Shown in pieces: positions 60,832 to 64,000 of a stretch of 64,000 nucleotides of DNA. The notes under the pieces were generated by a model. That model had not been told where the DNA came from, made no database searches, and saw only the letters and a program-made list of their open reading frames with translations. The stretch comes from Gammaproteobacteria bacterium (lineage in GTDB: Bacteria; Pseudomonadota; Gammaproteobacteria; Pseudomonadales; Porticoccaceae), in assembly GCA_046566625.1 (NCBI GenBank), contig JBKHWK010000001.1:245-64244 (forward strand). Reading direction: 5' to 3'. Within the stretch, counting starts at the first letter, position 1. Each line of letters starts with the position of its first letter. The position numbers were made by a program, and so were the translations under genes.

Positions 60832-61743
60832 TCAAGCCGTATGCTGAGCCAGGAACTGGCCGATACGCGCGATGGCCTCGCGCCCCTCGGGCACCATGGG
60901 TGCGAACAGATGCCAGACATGGACCATCTCGGGCCAGACCTCAAGCGTCACATCGACGCCCGCCGCCTTGGCGTTGGCGGCCGTTCGGGTGGCGTCGTCG
61001 AGCAGGGTTTCGAGATCACCGACCTGGATCAGCAGTGGTGGCAGGCCTTTCATGTCTGCATACAGCGGCGAGGCGGTGGGCTGGCGCGGATCGGCGTCGC
61101 CCAGATAGATCCTGGCCATGCCGAACAGCCCGCCGGGTTCGACCATGGGATCGACATCGACCTTGGTGCGCATGGATTCGCCGGTGCCTTCGAGATCCGT
61201 CCAGGGCGAGATGGGTACGGCCGCACCGGGCAGCGGAGTGCCGGCGTCGCGCAACGCCACCAGGGTCGCAAGTGTCAGACCGCCGCCGGCGGAATCACCG
61301 GCGATGCTGATCTTGCCGGGTTTGTAACCCTGCGCCAGCAGCCAGCCGTAGGCCTTGGTGGCGTCCTCGACCGCCGCCGGGTAGCGGTGTTCCGGCGCCA
61401 GCCGGTAGTCGAGGGCGAGCGCACGGCAGTTGGCGGCGCGCGACAGCGCCGCGATCAGCCCCATGTGCGTCTGGATCGAGCCGATCACATAACCGCCGCC
61501 GTGCAGATACAACAGCACCCGGTCCTGATCCACACCCGGCGCGCAGACCCATGCGCCGGGAACGCCATCGACATCCACCGTCTGGACCTCGGTATCCGCC
61601 GGCGGGGTGGCGAAGTTCTTGGTCGCCTGCACGAAGTTGTCGCGCATCTTGCCGACCTTGTCCTTCATCTTTTCGTAGTCGGACGGGCCGGGATAGTTTT
61701 TCCACAACAGTTCGAGCAGTTTCTTGCTTTCCGGACTGGCCAT
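60832..61743 (-). CDS. Alpha/beta hydrolase, hormone-sensitive-lipase (family IV) esterase, paralogue 1
   Basis: HGGGY oxyanion motif, GDSAGG nucleophile elbow, and a C-terminal HVWH. Confidence 0.88.
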   Translation of the reverse strand: MASPESKKLLELLWKNYPGPSDYEKMKDKVGKMRDNFVQATKNFATPPADTEVQTVDVDGVPGAWVCAPGVDQDRVLLYLHGGGYVIGSIQTHMGLIAALSRAANCRALALDYRLAPEHRYPAAVEDATKAYGWLLAQGYKPGKISIAGDSAGGGLTLATLVALRDAGTPLPGAAVPISPWTDLEGTGESMRTKVDVDPMVEPGGLFGMARIYLGDADPRQPTASPLYADMKGLPPLLIQVGDLETLLDDATRTAANAKAAGVDVTLEVWPEMVHVWHLFAPMVPEGREAIARIGQFLAQHTA

Positions 61744-61778
61744 GACGCGGTTCCTTGATGGGTTTATTGGTTATGGGA

Positions 61779-62672
61779 TCAAGCCTGAAAGCGCCCCTGC
61801 AGCCAGCCGCCGATCTGTTCGACCGCGCGTTGGCCTTCGTCGAGCATGGGCGCGAAGGCGTGCCAGACGTGGAACAGTGCGGGCTCGTCGACCAGATCGA
61901 CTTTCACGCCGACTTTGCGGGCGTTGGTTGCCACCGTGATGGCGTCGTCGTAGAGAATCTCGCGCCCGCCCACATGGATCAGCAGTGGCGGCAGGCCGGT
62001 GAGATCGGCGAACACGGGCGAGGCCAGGGGATGCTTGGCGTCGGTGCCCTTCAGGTATTCACCGGCGAGCCGGAACAGGCCATCCGGCTTCACCATGGGA
62101 TCGCTGGCGGCGCGCGCGGTCACCGCACCGGCATCACCGGTCAGGTCGGCCCAGGGCGAAATCAGCACACCGCCGGCGGGCAGCGGCAGGCCCAGATCGC
62201 GCAGGTTCACCAGCGTGGCCAGCGTCAGACCGCCGCCCGCGGAATCGCCGGCAATGGCGATGCGGCCGGGCGCAAAGCCTTGGGCCAGCAGCCAGCGGTA
62301 GGCCTTGGTGGCGTCGTCCACGGCGGCGGGAAAGGCATGTTCGGGGGCAAGCCGGTACTCGATGCCGAGCGTGCGGGCGCCGGAATGACGCGAGACGTTC
62401 TGCATCAGGTAGCGGTGGCTGGTGATGGAGCCAATCGCATAGCCGCCGCCGTGCAGATAGAGCACCGCGCAGTCCGCACGCGCACTCGGCGCGGCCAGCC
62501 ATTCGCCGGGAATGCCGTCGACATCGACTGGGGTCAGGGTCACATCCGCCGGCACCTTGAAACGGGCGCCGCCCTCATCGAGATTGCGGCGCTCTTCCGC
62601 GATGGTCACGGTGCCCAACGGCGGTTGGCGTTCGAAAATCTTCAGCAGTTTGTCGAGTTGTTGTTGTGACAT
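61779..62672 (-). CDS. Alpha/beta hydrolase, family IV esterase, paralogue 2
   Basis: HGGGY and GDSAGG. Shares long blocks with paralogue 1: YRLAPEH, DDATKAY.WLLAQG, IAGDSAGGGLTLATLV and GLPPLLI. Confidence 0.88.
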   Translation of the reverse strand: MSQQQLDKLLKIFERQPPLGTVTIAEERRNLDEGGARFKVPADVTLTPVDVDGIPGEWLAAPSARADCAVLYLHGGGYAIGSITSHRYLMQNVSRHSGARTLGIEYRLAPEHAFPAAVDDATKAYRWLLAQGFAPGRIAIAGDSAGGGLTLATLVNLRDLGLPLPAGGVLISPWADLTGDAGAVTARAASDPMVKPDGLFRLAGEYLKGTDAKHPLASPVFADLTGLPPLLIHVGGREILYDDAITVATNARKVGVKVDLVDEPALFHVWHAFAPMLDEGQRAVEQIGGWLQGRFQA

Positions 62673-62732
62673 GAATCCCCCGGTGGTGTTGTCTGTTGGA
62701 AGTGATAAGAAAACGTTTCGCCGCAGTCTGGC

Positions 62733-63674
62733 TCAGGCATGGAACGCTTTGCGCAGTGCTGCCGCGGCCTGATCGAGAAACTGGCGACCTTCATCGATGG
62801 CCTCCGCCATCGACACAAAGCCGTGGATCTGGTTCCGGTAGCAGATGTATTCCACTGGCACGCCGGCGGCGGTGAGCTTGTCGGCGTATTCGGCGCCTTC
62901 ATCGCGCAGGGGATCGAAGCCCGCAGTCATCACCAGCGCCGGCGCCAGGCCCGCGAAATTGCTGGCGAGCAGCGGAGAGGCGAGGGTGTTGTCCCAGTCC
63001 TCGGGCTTGCGCAGATATTGATTGAAAAACCAGGTCATGGCGGTTGCGGTGAGGAAATAGCCCTCGCCGCAGTCGCGATAAGACGCGGTGTTCGCGCCCA
63101 TCCGGGTGACGGGATAGATCAGCAGTTGCAGGGCAATGGGTGGCCCCTTGCGGTCGCGGGTCATCTGGCTCACCACCGCGGAGAGATTGCCGCCGGCGCT
63201 GTCGCCGCCCACCGCGATGCGGCTGCCATCCGCACCGATCTGACCGGCATTGGCCGCGGCCCACTCCAGCACCGCGTAGCAGTCGAGCGGCGCGGCGGGG
63301 AAGGGGTGCTCGGGGGCGAGCCGGTAGTCCGGCACCAGCACGATGCAGTCGGCCTTCGCCGCGTAGTAGCAGGCTTCGGGCTTGTGGGTCTCGGGACTGC
63401 CGATCACCCAGCCGCCACCGTGGTAGTAGATCAGGATCGGTCGGGGTCCGGTCGTTGGGGTGTCGGGGGTGATGACCAGGGTGCGGATTGCGCCGCCCGG
63501 TCCGGGAATCTGTACTTCGCGGATGGACTTCGGTGTGGGCGCCTTGATGCCCACCATCTCGGTGAGGGCGGCGAAACCGGCGCGGCTTTCGGCAACGGTG
63601 CCTTCACCGAGCGCGGGGGCATTGCTGTTCGCCGTCATTTCGAGAAGTTTTGCGGCCTGGGCGTCGAGGGACAT
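62733..63674 (-). CDS. Alpha/beta hydrolase, family IV esterase, paralogue 3 (more divergent)
   Basis: YHGGGWVIGS, GGDSAGGNL, DPLRDEG and HGF (Ser-Asp-His). Confidence 0.88.
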   Translation of the reverse strand: MSLDAQAAKLLEMTANSNAPALGEGTVAESRAGFAALTEMVGIKAPTPKSIREVQIPGPGGAIRTLVITPDTPTTGPRPILIYYHGGGWVIGSPETHKPEACYYAAKADCIVLVPDYRLAPEHPFPAAPLDCYAVLEWAAANAGQIGADGSRIAVGGDSAGGNLSAVVSQMTRDRKGPPIALQLLIYPVTRMGANTASYRDCGEGYFLTATAMTWFFNQYLRKPEDWDNTLASPLLASNFAGLAPALVMTAGFDPLRDEGAEYADKLTAAGVPVEYICYRNQIHGFVSMAEAIDEGRQFLDQAAAALRKAFHA

Positions 63675-63686
63675 GTTGGTCTCCGG

Positions 63687-64000
63687 TTATGGTTGCTGGC
63701 TTGGATTGGCACCCAACTTCGGCGCGCCGGCATGGCTCATTTCCATCATGAGTGTTGCCATGGCCTGACCTGCTTGTTGTCGGTAGAAGTTTGCCTCAGC
63801 TTCCACCGGCGGGATATACCCGATCGAGCCGAGCAGTCGCTGATGGTTGAACCAGTGAACCCATTGCAGGGTGGCCAGCTCAACGGCCTCACGGTTCTTC
63901 CAGGGCCGCCGATGAATCAGCTCTGCCTTGTACAGCCCATTGATGGTTTCGGCTAACGCGTTGTCATAGCTGTGCCCTTTGCTGCCCACAGAGGGCTCGA
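63687..64000 (-). mobile_element. IS3-family insertion sequence: C-terminal part of the transposase (rve/integrase core); continues beyond the window
   Basis: The reading frame is open to the window edge. GSKGHSYDNALAETINGLYKAELIHRRPW...EAVELATLQWVHWFNHQRL is typical of the IS3-family OrfB C-terminus. A possible element end TGACCTGC begins at 63766. Confidence 0.8.

Overview
High-GC (roughly 60-65% by eye) gammaproteobacterial chromosome, mostly conserved core genome. The gene order resembles Pseudomonas and the marine oligotrophic gammaproteobacteria.

Core content, left to right:
- End of a suf Fe-S cluster (sufS-sufA-sufT-sufE), then valS-holC-pepA facing lptF-lptG.
- gltX, tRNA-Ala(GGC), dapA-bamC-MBL hydrolase-purC.
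- rsmJ, then dapE, dapD, nth, dapC, glnD and map on the minus strand.
- The long run rpsB-tsf-pyrH-frr-uppS-cdsA-dxr-rseP-bamA-skp-lpxD-fabZ-lpxA-lpxB-rnhB-(KAS III)-dnaE-accA-tilS, then pbpG.

Accessory or unusual content:
1. A three-gene MNIO (DUF692) / DUF2063 cassette with a secreted precursor carrying six EGKCG cysteine motifs (HvfABC-like; 13.7-15.7 kb). This is the most interesting system in the window.
2. A divergent LapG protease / LapD c-di-GMP receptor pair with no adhesin gene in view.
3. A family of ~141-bp imperfect-palindrome MITE-like repeats with 16-bp terminal inverted repeats: three copies plus one solo end, all directly after stop codons.
4. An AT-rich island between convergent genes carrying DnaA-box and IHF-consensus motifs.
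5. A terminal accessory block (58-64 kb) with a Baeyer-Villiger-type monooxygenase, an SDR and three tandem family-IV esterases, abutted by a truncated-by-window IS3-family transposase.

No CRISPR array, rRNA or prophage was seen. The many long antisense ORFs in the track are treated as high-GC artefacts. Start codons were refined by eye where an N-terminal alignment to well-known orthologues was obvious. All function calls come from motif and family recognition, not database searches.
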